IMG/VR virus record: IMGVR_UViG_3300005326_000040
Location: 160,001 to 224,000 of that record
Direction: 5' to 3' (one strand)
Length of the DNA: 64,000 bases
DNA from: a virus
Taxonomy: Duplodnaviria; Caudoviricetes
Shown here: positions 53,480 to 62,997 of the stretch, piece by piece
Layout of the letters: the number at the start of each line of letters is the position of its first letter
Numbering within the stretch: the stretch's first letter is position 1
Made by a program: the position numbers and the translations under genes
Notes under the pieces: generated by a model
The model's database searches: none
Seen by the model: only the letters and a program-made list of their open reading frames with translations
Told to the model about the DNA's origin: nothing

Positions 53480-53995
53480 ATGCCGCAAGATATAAAGAAC
53501 CATTTTCAGTATTTGGTGAATTTACTTCCTGAAGAACGGAGACAAGAATTTCGGGAATATGTAGATGCAGCGAGTGACGGCTCCGATATTGATGATGGCT
53601 TTCTTGGATTTATTGACGACTACGTGGATTTGGCAAATATTATTCGGCGGCATACAATTATCTTTCCAAAAGAGAAAAGCACACGATCAAAACTTTTGAC
53701 AGGCATACTACCAGATCTTATTTGGACGGTTTATGATGTGGGTTGCGCGAGTGGATTCCAGCATATCTTGTTTCCTTTTGTGAAGAAGTATGTAGGAATT
53801 GACGCTTGGTCTACTCCAAAATCATTTCTCCCTAATTGTGAGTTTGTAACAGGAAGGTTTGCTGACGTGGTGGATAGTTTGAATATTGACCACGAAAGGT
53901 CATTTGGAATTGCTAATATGAGCCTTCTTTATCCTGCCAGACAAGAGGATTTAGAAGCTTTTAACAGGGTGTTTCGACATAAATATATCCTATAG
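53480..53995 (+). CDS. class I SAM-dependent methyltransferase-like protein
   Basis: VYDVGCASG motif I, YVGID motif II. Confidence 0.7.
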   Translation: MPQDIKNHFQYLVNLLPEERRQEFREYVDAASDGSDIDDGFLGFIDDYVDLANIIRRHTIIFPKEKSTRSKLLTGILPDLIWTVYDVGCASGFQHILFPFVKKYVGIDAWSTPKSFLPNCEFVTGRFADVVDSLNIDHERSFGIANMSLLYPARQEDLEAFNRVFRHKYIL

Positions 53996-54006
53996 GAGCA
54001 GAACTA

Positions 54007-54309
54007 ATGAGCATCCATGATAAAATCAGGATTTATACTGTTGGGTTTTCAAAAGACGGTAAAGACTATGTAGCTGCAATTGAATATAGGCTTACAGAAG
54101 CTTTAGTTGTTTTTAATAGAATGGTGCATTACGCTGAAGGAAATGAAAGTCAATATGTAATTGATGCCAAATGGGAAAAAGTCGGAGAATTTATGGTTTC
54201 ATTTTGCGAGAATATGAGTGAAAAAGAAGCAAAGGAATTAGCAAAACAATATGGTTTTGAATTTGTAAATTGGCCTAGTTTTATTAAGATGATTGAAACC
54301 GCGCAATAA
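54007..54309 (+). CDS. hypothetical protein
   Basis: AGGAG RBS, 100 aa. Confidence 0.75.
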   Translation: MSIHDKIRIYTVGFSKDGKDYVAAIEYRLTEALVVFNRMVHYAEGNESQYVIDAKWEKVGEFMVSFCENMSEKEAKELAKQYGFEFVNWPSFIKMIETAQ

Positions 54310-54326
54310 CTGAAGGATAAAACATC

Positions 54327-55088
54327 ATGGCTACCACTTCTGAATCCGCTGCCCCTCGTAAGCGTTCTAAGACTGCAAAGGTTACCGAAGCTGTTGCTTC
54401 TACCGCTAGGGTTATTACTTCGTTTGTTGGTTTGGAAGATGAATATCAGGATTTTATGAATTCGGTTGCTTCCAGCAGGTTGGAAGTCCGAGTAATCAAT
54501 GACGTTCTCAACGTGTTTGCGCGAGGCAAGCTTCGTGAAAAGGTGAAGATTGCTCTTGAACTTAATTCGGAAATCGTGAAGAAGAAGCGCGAACTAACGA
54601 AGCTTGAAGATGAGCTTCGTCAGTATGGTTCGGATTTTCGTGACAACTGGAGGAAAATCAATCCTGGTAGCAGCATTTGTTCTTCGAGATTGATTCCTAC
54701 TGCTGATGAAGAACATTATAGCATCCTGGTTACTGTAAAGGATACCTTTAGCTTCGCAAAGGAAGCCAAGGAAGCTGTTGCAGCAATGAAGGAACAGCTT
54801 TCTGCTATTGTTCTTGAAGGCGGCAAGACATTGTACGATACGATGTTTACGGAAACCGTTACGCATAACGTCAAGGATGAATTGGGTTATGAGCTTCTTT
54901 CTGGTTTGATTGAAAAGTACCTTGGCAAGGAAGCGGTTACTGAATTGGTTGAAACGAACGTTGATGTCAGCTTGAACGCTGATAAGTTTGCCAAGTTGAT
55001 GGAATCCGATGTTATTCCGGCGGAATTGAAAACCAAGCTTTCTCTTGTTATTGCTAAGCAGAAGCCAGCGATCACGTATCCTAAATAA
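54327..55088 (+). CDS. coiled-coil hypothetical protein
   Basis: AAGGA RBS, 253 aa. Confidence 0.8.
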   Translation: MATTSESAAPRKRSKTAKVTEAVASTARVITSFVGLEDEYQDFMNSVASSRLEVRVINDVLNVFARGKLREKVKIALELNSEIVKKKRELTKLEDELRQYGSDFRDNWRKINPGSSICSSRLIPTADEEHYSILVTVKDTFSFAKEAKEAVAAMKEQLSAIVLEGGKTLYDTMFTETVTHNVKDELGYELLSGLIEKYLGKEAVTELVETNVDVSLNADKFAKLMESDVIPAELKTKLSLVIAKQKPAITYPK

Positions 55089-55101
55089 GTAGAGGTCCGT
55101 T

Positions 55102-56256
55102 ATGGATGATCGTTCAACTTTGAATGACACATTAGTCGGGCACAAAGTCAACGCGATGTGTACCAACGTTCGTCGCCTTGAGAACTATGATATCTTTACA
55201 TTGGTTCTTGGGGACGGATGTAAAATTAAGCTACTTGAAAACATTTCTCGCGAAATTCAGCTTGCTATGAAGTTGCAGTCACCGCCAGTATTCCATCCTG
55301 ATTATTCGAACGGCTTGTTGCTTATGGTGGCTGCGCGCAGGGTTGATTCTCCGATTCTTCTTTCATCCATTATCGAACCAAAGAAGCCTGGCAATTACGA
55401 TTGTCAGCTTGGTTATGATATGTATGGAGCGAAGGTTTCGCTAGACATTACTAAAGCTCCGCATATTTTGGTGTCTGGAACTACCGGTTCCGGAAAATCT
55501 GTTTGTTTGAATTTGCTTGCGGCAAACATTCTTGCCATGGGAAATGGCGAAGCAACATTGTGCGTTACTGACCCTAAAATGGTTGAATTTGAATATCTGA
55601 AGGACGCTTGTGTTCGATATGAAAATGATTATCGCGGCACGGTGAAGTATCTTCAGGAAGTTGTTGACTATATGGAGGAGAGATACGAAGTATTGAAACA
55701 GTTTGGATGCAGAGACATCTCAGATTTGCCTGCGGAGTATAAGACGACGCGTACATTCATTATTATTGATGAAATTGCTGACCTTATGGTTCATGATAAG
55801 TCTGGTAGGCTTTCGAATTTGATTGCCCGACTGGCGGCGAAATCTAGGGCTGCTGGCATTCATATGATTCTAGCTACTCAGCGACCGTCAGTGAACGTTG
55901 TAAGCGGTCTAATCAAGGCTAATTTCCCGGTACGTATTACTTTTAGAGTGGCATCTTCGACCGATAGCCGCGTTGTCATTGATATGAATGGCGCAGAAAA
56001 TCTTATGCCCAAGGGGGACGGTATTATTTTTGGATACGGGGACCGACAGATGGTTCGGTTCCGTGCGGCTTATGTAACACCGGCAGAAGTAATGAAGTAT
56101 TACAAGGATAATTATGACCCCTCTATGGATTATTATAAGGATGAAGAATCCGATGAAGATGATGAAGATGTCGAGGAAGATGATTTAAGAAATTATAGCA
56201 TGGCTAGGGTTGACCCTGAAGCCGACGCAGAATTGCAGCGTTTTTTGAACTCCTAA
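55102..56256 (+). CDS. FtsK/SpoIIIE-family DNA translocase ATPase (no TM segment, no evident gamma domain)
   Basis: APHILVSGTTGSGKSV, DPKMVE, IIDEIADLM, RAAGIHMILATQRPS, GAENLMPKGD. Confidence 0.93.
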   Translation: MDDRSTLNDTLVGHKVNAMCTNVRRLENYDIFTLVLGDGCKIKLLENISREIQLAMKLQSPPVFHPDYSNGLLLMVAARRVDSPILLSSIIEPKKPGNYDCQLGYDMYGAKVSLDITKAPHILVSGTTGSGKSVCLNLLAANILAMGNGEATLCVTDPKMVEFEYLKDACVRYENDYRGTVKYLQEVVDYMEERYEVLKQFGCRDISDLPAEYKTTRTFIIIDEIADLMVHDKSGRLSNLIARLAAKSRAAGIHMILATQRPSVNVVSGLIKANFPVRITFRVASSTDSRVVIDMNGAENLMPKGDGIIFGYGDRQMVRFRAAYVTPAEVMKYYKDNYDPSMDYYKDEESDEDDEDVEEDDLRNYSMARVDPEADAELQRFLNS

Positions 56257-56268
56257 TGGAGAATAGTA

Positions 56269-57477
56269 ATGAGCGGATATGATGTTGCGCAAGTAAAACA
56301 AGCCATTAAGAATAAATGGGATTGGAGAAGTGGTGATTTCCATTACACTCCGATTTTAGTTTGGGGCGGTCCTGGTATTGGTAAAACTCATATTCTTAAT
56401 CAAGTTGTTTCGGAGAGAAAGATTGTTGAATTAAAAGAGAATTCAGACCCTCGTTTGGAGCGCTTACTGGAATTCAATCGTCCAGAGGACGTTGAAGATA
56501 TTCTTGAAGAGAATTTGCTTAATATTCGATTGGCTGAACGTCCGCTAGAACAAATTGAAGGGATGCCATATCCATACCCTAAAGAGGGGTATATGGAGTT
56601 CTTGGCTCCGAAGAATTTGCAGAAGCTCAAGGCAGCTAAGTGGGTTGTTATTCTGCTGGATGAATTGGATAAGGCTGGCCCCGCCAAGATGGCTGCGGTA
56701 ACGCATCTTATCGAGTCGGGTGTCGTTGGTGATTTCAAGTTCCCCAAGGATACTTTTGTTGTCGCTGCCGCAAATAGGGTGACTGATTCATATCTTAGCC
56801 GCCCTATTTCGGCAGAACTCTGTAATAGGATGGCTCATATTGAGCTAGTTCCAACGGTTGATAATTTCGTTTCTTGGGCAAAGAATTGCGAAGACATCTT
56901 AGATGAAGTGATTGCTTTTCATCGTTTCAATAAGTTGCGTAACGAAAATTATCTTCTTAGTGACGATAAGGACCGTGAAGTTGAGACGGTAAGAGCGTTC
57001 AAGTCGCCACGAAGCTGGCATTATGGTTCTCGTCAGATGAAAAAGATTTACACCAGACATGGGTGTAAACCAGGACAAATTATTAACGTTGATGACGAGG
57101 CGTTTTTTGAATTAGAACAGTTGGTTGGTGAGCGGCCAGCAATTGAATTTGCTACTTATCTGCGATTGTACCGAGACATCGATGTTGGTCGTATTCTTAA
57201 GGGCGAACTTGTTTTGCCTACAGGCGACCGCAAAGATTGTCTATCTAATCAGTATACGTTTACTATGGTTCTGATTGATCAGCTGACGGAAAGGGACCTT
57301 AAGAAACATGGTTTGAAATATGTTGTGCGGGCCATGTGTGAAATGTATCCAGAAGTGTGCAGTGTATTCCTTAGTGCGCTGAGCAGTTCAAACAAGAAGG
57401 TTTTCGAACATATTGTTAACTCCAAAGAAGCAAATGATTCTGGAATGATTAAACAGGTATTGGATGGTTTGATGTAG
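56269..57477 (+). CDS. MoxR-like AAA+ ATPase
   Basis: WGGPGIGKT, LLDELDKA, AAANR, AELCNRMAH. Confidence 0.9.
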   Translation: MSGYDVAQVKQAIKNKWDWRSGDFHYTPILVWGGPGIGKTHILNQVVSERKIVELKENSDPRLERLLEFNRPEDVEDILEENLLNIRLAERPLEQIEGMPYPYPKEGYMEFLAPKNLQKLKAAKWVVILLDELDKAGPAKMAAVTHLIESGVVGDFKFPKDTFVVAAANRVTDSYLSRPISAELCNRMAHIELVPTVDNFVSWAKNCEDILDEVIAFHRFNKLRNENYLLSDDKDREVETVRAFKSPRSWHYGSRQMKKIYTRHGCKPGQIINVDDEAFFELEQLVGERPAIEFATYLRLYRDIDVGRILKGELVLPTGDRKDCLSNQYTFTMVLIDQLTERDLKKHGLKYVVRAMCEMYPEVCSVFLSALSSSNKKVFEHIVNSKEANDSGMIKQVLDGLM

Positions 57478-57491
57478 TTGATAGGCTAACA

Positions 57492-58751
57492 ATGATAAAA
57501 CTTTCAAGTTTGACTTTGTCCAAAGAGGATTATCTTTCCTATAGTAATATTTTGGGGCATTCAATCTCCTGCTTGGTGACTGATGCCCCTTTCTCTATGC
57601 CTATTATTAAGATGCCTCGATTGTTTTGCAATATTGAGCAGGCATATGCAGCAACTGATGGCAGATCGATTTTTATCAACCCAACTCGGTGGGTTCCTCT
57701 TCCAAAGCCGCAACGACAGGGTATTGTTTATCATGAATGGCTTCATGTAGGGTTTCGGCACCCTTGGAGAATGAAGAACAGGATTCATCGCGTGTGGGGA
57801 TTTGGTTGTGATTTCGCCATTGATTCTCATATTATGCAAGATGTAAATCCCGATAAAATGACCATTGCTCGCGGGATGCTTTATGACCCTTATTATAATG
57901 GGTGGAACGCTGAAAAGATTTATGAAGACCTTCTCGACGTGTCTGAAAATATAGAAATAGGAGATCTTTCTGATTTTGAACAAAAAGCTAAACAACAACA
58001 GTTTTGTGACAGAGAAACTGCCGCAAAATTGTTGAAGCTGGACAAGAAAATTGAAGAGATATTTTCTGACGATCTTATTCAAGCTCCGTCAGACATGAAT
58101 GATTTTGATAAAGAAATGCTTCGTGATACAATTCGTTCAGCCGAACAGGCAAAGAAATTTGGGAAAGATATTCCTGGAGAGTATTTACTTAACATTGATG
58201 TTCTAAAGCGCTCTCGAACGGATTGGGCGAAAGCCTTTGCTTGTTATTGGATGAATGTGGTCCAGGCAACAGGTGATCGGAATTACTATCGACCTAAGAA
58301 GTGGGGCTTTCCTTTTGGTATTATTATTCCTACAGAAGCAAACGTAGGTAAAATTAATGTCACTTTTATTTGCGACGTGAGTGGGTCGAGGTACGTCGCT
58401 GCTGCTTTTGAATCTTATGTAAAAGAATTGAACGCTATGATGCCTCACGTAGAGAGGCTTACCGTTATCACTGCTGATTGTGTTGTTCAGGAAAAAGCAA
58501 CAATATCTAACATCTCTGAAATTATTGGAGCGCGCAAAAAGATTAAATTCAAAGGTGGTGGAGGAACAGATTTTCGTCCGGCATTACAAGAGGCGGCGAA
58601 GACAATGCCTGACCTCGTTATATATTACACAGATAGTTTTGGAGAATATGGAAGTAAAGCTCCTGGCGGCATCCAAAATTTACTTTGGGTATATGCAAAT
58701 CGTGATTTCAAACCCCCACCTTATGGGCGATATTTAGTGATAGGTGATTAA
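57492..58751 (+). CDS. DUF2201-like metallopeptidase plus vWA-like domain
   Basis: AATDG..IFINP, HEWLH zincin motif, DVSGS MIDAS, GGGGTDFRP, YTD.FG. Confidence 0.9.
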   Translation: MIKLSSLTLSKEDYLSYSNILGHSISCLVTDAPFSMPIIKMPRLFCNIEQAYAATDGRSIFINPTRWVPLPKPQRQGIVYHEWLHVGFRHPWRMKNRIHRVWGFGCDFAIDSHIMQDVNPDKMTIARGMLYDPYYNGWNAEKIYEDLLDVSENIEIGDLSDFEQKAKQQQFCDRETAAKLLKLDKKIEEIFSDDLIQAPSDMNDFDKEMLRDTIRSAEQAKKFGKDIPGEYLLNIDVLKRSRTDWAKAFACYWMNVVQATGDRNYYRPKKWGFPFGIIIPTEANVGKINVTFICDVSGSRYVAAAFESYVKELNAMMPHVERLTVITADCVVQEKATISNISEIIGARKKIKFKGGGGTDFRPALQEAAKTMPDLVIYYTDSFGEYGSKAPGGIQNLLWVYANRDFKPPPYGRYLVIGD

Positions 58752-59263
58752 TGGTAAATTCTCATCAGTTATTACTTTCAGCGGCTGTTATTAGAATTTT
58801 TGATATTGTCGGTATTTCACCAGCATCTATTCCAAATATCAAGTCGCCTCAGTTTAAACAAAAATCTAGCACTTTAGTCGATGGTTTATCCGTTTATGCT
58901 GGTAGGATAAACATCGACGAAAAGTCTTGGGTTTCTATCTTGTTTTCTAAAAACGATGACGCTGAAGTTTTAGCTACAAAAATCATAAATGAAGATTCTT
59001 CGGTGCCAACTAATTGGGTTTTTGTTGTTTGCGGTGACATTTCTGGCGAAGACTATACGGCAAACAGTATTATTGTTGAGACTGGGGGCGAACACAATCA
59101 TGTTGTACACATGTCTTGTTACAATGTGTATAACTATTTGCTTGGTTTTGAGCATGTTAGACAATATGTTCCAACGTTGCTTCCTTTTGACGCTCCTATA
59201 GAACACATTGAAAAATTGGCTTGGTTTATATCGAAACTTGAATTACGCGAAGAGGATGAATGA
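58751..59263 (+). CDS. hypothetical protein
   Basis: TAATG coupling to vWA gene. Confidence 0.75.
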   Translation: MVNSHQLLLSAAVIRIFDIVGISPASIPNIKSPQFKQKSSTLVDGLSVYAGRINIDEKSWVSILFSKNDDAEVLATKIINEDSSVPTNWVFVVCGDISGEDYTANSIIVETGGEHNHVVHMSCYNVYNYLLGFEHVRQYVPTLLPFDAPIEHIEKLAWFISKLELREEDE

Positions 59264-59625
59264 TTGTTAACAAAGGCATTCTGTTAAGGCGATTGTTGAA
59301 GAGAATGCCGACCGTTCGCTTTTATGATATGATGTATCTCGTGAATTGCGCTTCCGAGTTGATGATAAAAAGAATCATTGAAGATAGACCTATTATCATT
59401 GATGGCTTTGGAACTCTTCATCGAGTGCAAGAAAAGCCACGGCGAGCCTTCAATGTAGCCACACGGCAAATGTATACTTTTGAGGTTAACGCTGTGCGAT
59501 TCCGTCCTCACATTGCATTTTTACGAATGATCGAATGTGTTGGGAAAGAATATATTAAAGAGTTGATTCGAAAAAAGTCTAGAGAAGCAATCAAAAAACG
59601 GGTGAAGAAAAAAAGACTAGTTTGA
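59260..59625 (+). CDS. HU/IHF-family histone-like DNA-binding protein
   Basis: I.GFGTL......R.AFN..T.........VRFRP. Confidence 0.8.
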   Translation: MIVNKGILLRRLLKRMPTVRFYDMMYLVNCASELMIKRIIEDRPIIIDGFGTLHRVQEKPRRAFNVATRQMYTFEVNAVRFRPHIAFLRMIECVGKEYIKELIRKKSREAIKKRVKKKRLV

Positions 59626-59641
59626 CATCAATATACAGATA

Positions 59642-59998
59642 TTGGGTTTTATGAATGCGAAACATTTGGAAAAATTGAAAAAGCTTATTGTAGATACTAT
59701 TAAAATTTTATCTGCTCGTGATTATGATTTTAATGTAGATGAGCGTGGTGATGAGGTTGATGCTGCTCAAGGTGGATTTATTGTCGGGATGATGCACGAC
59801 CAAAGAAATAGATCAAATGCAAGACTAGCAGAATTGAATGAGGCTCTTCTTAAAATAAAAGGGGGCATTTACGGTCTTTGCGAAGAGTGCGATGAAGAAA
59901 TTAGCATCAAACGGCTTGAAATATGCCCGGAGGCAAGATGCTGTATTCGATGCGCTGAAGTTCTCGAAAGAGAAAAGAAGGGCTATTTCACAAGATGA
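59642..59998 (+). CDS. dksA: DksA/TraR C4-type Zn-finger transcription factor
   Basis: DEVDAA coiled-coil tip; GIYGLCEECDEEISIKRLEICPEARCCIRC. Confidence 0.9.
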   Translation: MGFMNAKHLEKLKKLIVDTIKILSARDYDFNVDERGDEVDAAQGGFIVGMMHDQRNRSNARLAELNEALLKIKGGIYGLCEECDEEISIKRLEICPEARCCIRCAEVLEREKKGYFTR

Positions 59999-60696
59999 AA
60001 AAGAAGTCGATATTAGGTTATAATTCTTTGGCGCCTTGTGATAAAGACGCTGAAAATGATCAGGCTTATGATGTCTTTTTCCGGCTTTTAAACGAAAGAA
60101 ACGTTTTTCTTACAGGGGAAATTGAGCAAGAGTTGGCGGACGAAGTAATTGCTCAGCTTCTTTACTTGAGAAGTGTGGACCCACAAGCCCCAATTCAACT
60201 GTATATTAATTCTCCTGGCGGACATTTAAATTGTATGTTTGCTATTTATGATATTATTCAGTATCTTGAAGCACCAGTAAGTACAATTGTTTTTGGTGAA
60301 GCGTCATCAGCGGCTGCTGTATTGTTAGCTTGTGGGACTAGAGGGAAAAGAATGGCTTTCCCTAACGCCACTATTATGGTCCACCAACCTTGGGCTGGCG
60401 ATATGGAAGGACAAGCCACTGATATTGCGATACAAGCTCAGCAGTTGCAAAAAGAAAAAGTTCGTATTACTGAGATTTTAGCTAGACATACTGGGCAACC
60501 TTTCGAAAAAGTATTGACTGATTGTGAGCGAGATGTTTATCTTGGGGCCATTGAAGCAAAAGAATATGGCTTAGTAGATAGTATTATGCCTGTGCATCAA
60601 GTAATTCCCGAGCTTGTTGCAATGGAAGAAGATACTCCGGAAATTCAGGTAACACTCAAAGTTCCTCGCAAACGGCGCCCTCGTGCAAGAAAATGA
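59995..60696 (+). CDS. clpP: ATP-dependent Clp protease proteolytic subunit
   Basis: LYINSPGG, G.ASSAA (Ser), IMVHQP (His), ERD (Asp), A.EAKEYGLVD. Confidence 0.95.
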   Translation: MKKKSILGYNSLAPCDKDAENDQAYDVFFRLLNERNVFLTGEIEQELADEVIAQLLYLRSVDPQAPIQLYINSPGGHLNCMFAIYDIIQYLEAPVSTIVFGEASSAAAVLLACGTRGKRMAFPNATIMVHQPWAGDMEGQATDIAIQAQQLQKEKVRITEILARHTGQPFEKVLTDCERDVYLGAIEAKEYGLVDSIMPVHQVIPELVAMEEDTPEIQVTLKVPRKRRPRARK

Positions 60697-60738
60697 CAAT
60701 ATCTTTGCATTTCCTTGACGGTTTTGTTTAGGTGCCTA

Positions 60739-62271
60739 ATGAATGAAATTATTCGAACCACGATACGCAAGGAAGCGGCTAATCCAGTCTCTAGAGCGGT
60801 AACATGGCTTTGGTCTTTGAGAGACCCTTACCGTGAGTTTATTACTAATATTTCTAAGTCGTTGAATCTTGCGATTAATAGTATCAACGGAATTCTTGTA
60901 AACATTTCAAAAAGCAATATCAATCATGACCGAACTGCTGTTAAGAATCTTCGTCGTGTTCGTGAGATGATTCGAGCGGTTGGTAAGATTGTTGCCGTTG
61001 ATATTGCTACGACTTTAGCTCAAGATGGTAATGTATCTTTGTTGCCTGCTGGTGCTGTGCCACCAGCGAATGCTCCTAAAGGTGTTGATGGAAAGGCTCC
61101 CGCTGGTGGCGGTAGTAGTTCTGCGTTTTCATCATCAGAACCTATTAGTGAAAAAGATTTAGAATTTTATAGTGATGTGCAAACTCTGGAAATAGCAAAA
61201 GAAAAGTTTGAAAAATCTATTGATGAATTGCTGCGTATGCGAGCGATTTATGCTGGACAAAAACGCGGGTTGAATTCTATTAAGGACATGCTTGGTGCCA
61301 GGAAAGTAAACATAAAAGTCAGAGATGAAAACGGGCAAGAGTTTGAAGGAGCATATAGCATTAAAAATGCTACACGAACTCTATTATCTGAAATTCGTAA
61401 AGAGATAGGCAAAATCAACGATATTGTTGATAGAATTCAATCTTTAGACCTTGAAGGTGCTGCTCCGCGTGATAGGATGATTAAGTTTCGCGAAGTAAGG
61501 CGCGTTATAACTCATAGAGCCGCAGTGCAAAAGGATTTGGAAGAGCAGTACAGAAATATCATGAACGCAGTGAATCCAAGTGGATTAACACAAGTGCATG
61601 AGCTTTTTGGCACAAAAGCTGAAAAGCCAGAAACTACAATTGTAGATAGGAAAAAAACTCCTACTGATAATGTAGAGCCTGAGGCAGAAGAAGGACTAGA
61701 GAGTGAAAACAGTTTCACTCCAAGTCTTACAAAGATTGCAAGCACAATATCATACGAAGAGCTTGTAAAACTTGCATATAATCCAGAGTATAGTGAAGAG
61801 TTAGCCGCTGGTTTGCGCTCTGTAAAACAGAATTTCTTTGGCTTTTTTGGTAACGAGCCTGAAGCAAGAAGGGTTAATCTTCGCTCTGGATACAAGAGTA
61901 TTTTGCAGGGCCTTATCAATCTTGTTGTCATTATTAGAAAAACGTCTGGTAAAAAAGATAACTTTGCGGAAGAAAAAGCTCGTTGGGACCGTGTGATTGT
62001 TGAATACAACAAGTTGGTTGATATTTTTAACGCTGCGGTTGATAACGTGATGGTTCCTAATCTTAGTTCAATTGACATTGATATTGATGAATCAAAGGCT
62101 GACGCTACGCCGGATTCAAAGACGGTTCCTACTGAGAGAGAATCTTTTAATGAGCTAGCCAACGGTCGCACTATGTTGCGTCGAGATAAATTGGATAAGA
62201 TTCCATCTATTGATGTGTTGATTCAAGACTTAGCGCAAGGTAAACGTTGGGAATATAAAGCAACAACTTAA
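60739..62271 (+). CDS. large hypothetical protein with K-x-A motifs (possible virion protein)
   Basis: AGGTG before ATG 60739; RKEAANP, TKIAS, VKLAYNP. Confidence 0.8.
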   Translation: MNEIIRTTIRKEAANPVSRAVTWLWSLRDPYREFITNISKSLNLAINSINGILVNISKSNINHDRTAVKNLRRVREMIRAVGKIVAVDIATTLAQDGNVSLLPAGAVPPANAPKGVDGKAPAGGGSSSAFSSSEPISEKDLEFYSDVQTLEIAKEKFEKSIDELLRMRAIYAGQKRGLNSIKDMLGARKVNIKVRDENGQEFEGAYSIKNATRTLLSEIRKEIGKINDIVDRIQSLDLEGAAPRDRMIKFREVRRVITHRAAVQKDLEEQYRNIMNAVNPSGLTQVHELFGTKAEKPETTIVDRKKTPTDNVEPEAEEGLESENSFTPSLTKIASTISYEELVKLAYNPEYSEELAAGLRSVKQNFFGFFGNEPEARRVNLRSGYKSILQGLINLVVIIRKTSGKKDNFAEEKARWDRVIVEYNKLVDIFNAAVDNVMVPNLSSIDIDIDESKADATPDSKTVPTERESFNELANGRTMLRRDKLDKIPSIDVLIQDLAQGKRWEYKATT

Positions 62272-62278
62272 AGGAATT

Positions 62279-62707
62279 ATGGCTCGTGTTTTTATTAACG
62301 ACAAATTTGTTGGAGATATTAAGATAGCTGCCGACCCACAATCTCAAGCAAAAGGGTTGATGGGTGTTGATTGGCCTCCGCATCCATTATTGTTTCCATA
62401 CAAGACTAGCGGCGTTAGAAAATTTTGGATGAAGAATACAGCTAGTCCTTTGGATATTATTTTTTGTCGAGCAAACGAGGTGATATATATTGGAGAGGGA
62501 GAGCCGTTTAATGCTGAAGATCTCGTTGGCCCTGATGATAATTGTGATCTAGTTTTAGAATTTCCTAAAGGGTTTGTCGCGCAGGCGAATGTAGGAATTG
62601 GATCAAAGGTTAGGGTAAAGTACTCCAAGGATGAACTTCTTGATATCATGAAAAATGGCTCTCCTAAATTCAAGGAGAGTGATGATCAAGACCGTAACGC
62701 TACCTAG
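62279..62707 (+). CDS. DUF192-family protein
   Basis: AKGLM, FWMKNT..PLDIIF, VLEFPKG. Confidence 0.88.
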   Translation: MARVFINDKFVGDIKIAADPQSQAKGLMGVDWPPHPLLFPYKTSGVRKFWMKNTASPLDIIFCRANEVIYIGEGEPFNAEDLVGPDDNCDLVLEFPKGFVAQANVGIGSKVRVKYSKDELLDIMKNGSPKFKESDDQDRNAT

Positions 62708-62912
62708 TGGAGAGGTAATAAGTTTATCCAGTGGAGATACCGTTTTCGTAACATTGAAACCGAACGAAACTAATACTTTAGTTCGAGGCACTTTTGTTGG
62801 GCTACCATCGACCGGAGAAGGAATTCTTTTTTCGGTTCTGAGCCCTAAATTAGAGGTTCAACAAATTATCATTTCAGAATCTCGAATTGTTAAAGTAGAA
62901 AAGCCAAACTAA
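62682..62912 (+). CDS. hypothetical protein
   Basis: AGGAG RBS before ATG 62682. Confidence 0.7.
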   Translation: MIKTVTLPSGEVISLSSGDTVFVTLKPNETNTLVRGTFVGLPSTGEGILFSVLSPKLEVQQIIISESRIVKVEKPN

Positions 62913-62997
62913 TTCTTATTGTAATCACTTTCAGTAGATTTGACTTTCTGTAGTGTGGGTATAGGCTTGAACCCGAAGGCAGTAAAGGAGAATCATT

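Noticed and set aside
61512-62171. 219-aa minus-strand ORF
   Set aside because: Antisense shadow of the 60739 gene, low-complexity Ser/Leu/Phe composition
62940-62965. sigma70 promoter TTGACT...TATAGG
   Set aside because: Spacer is only 14 nt
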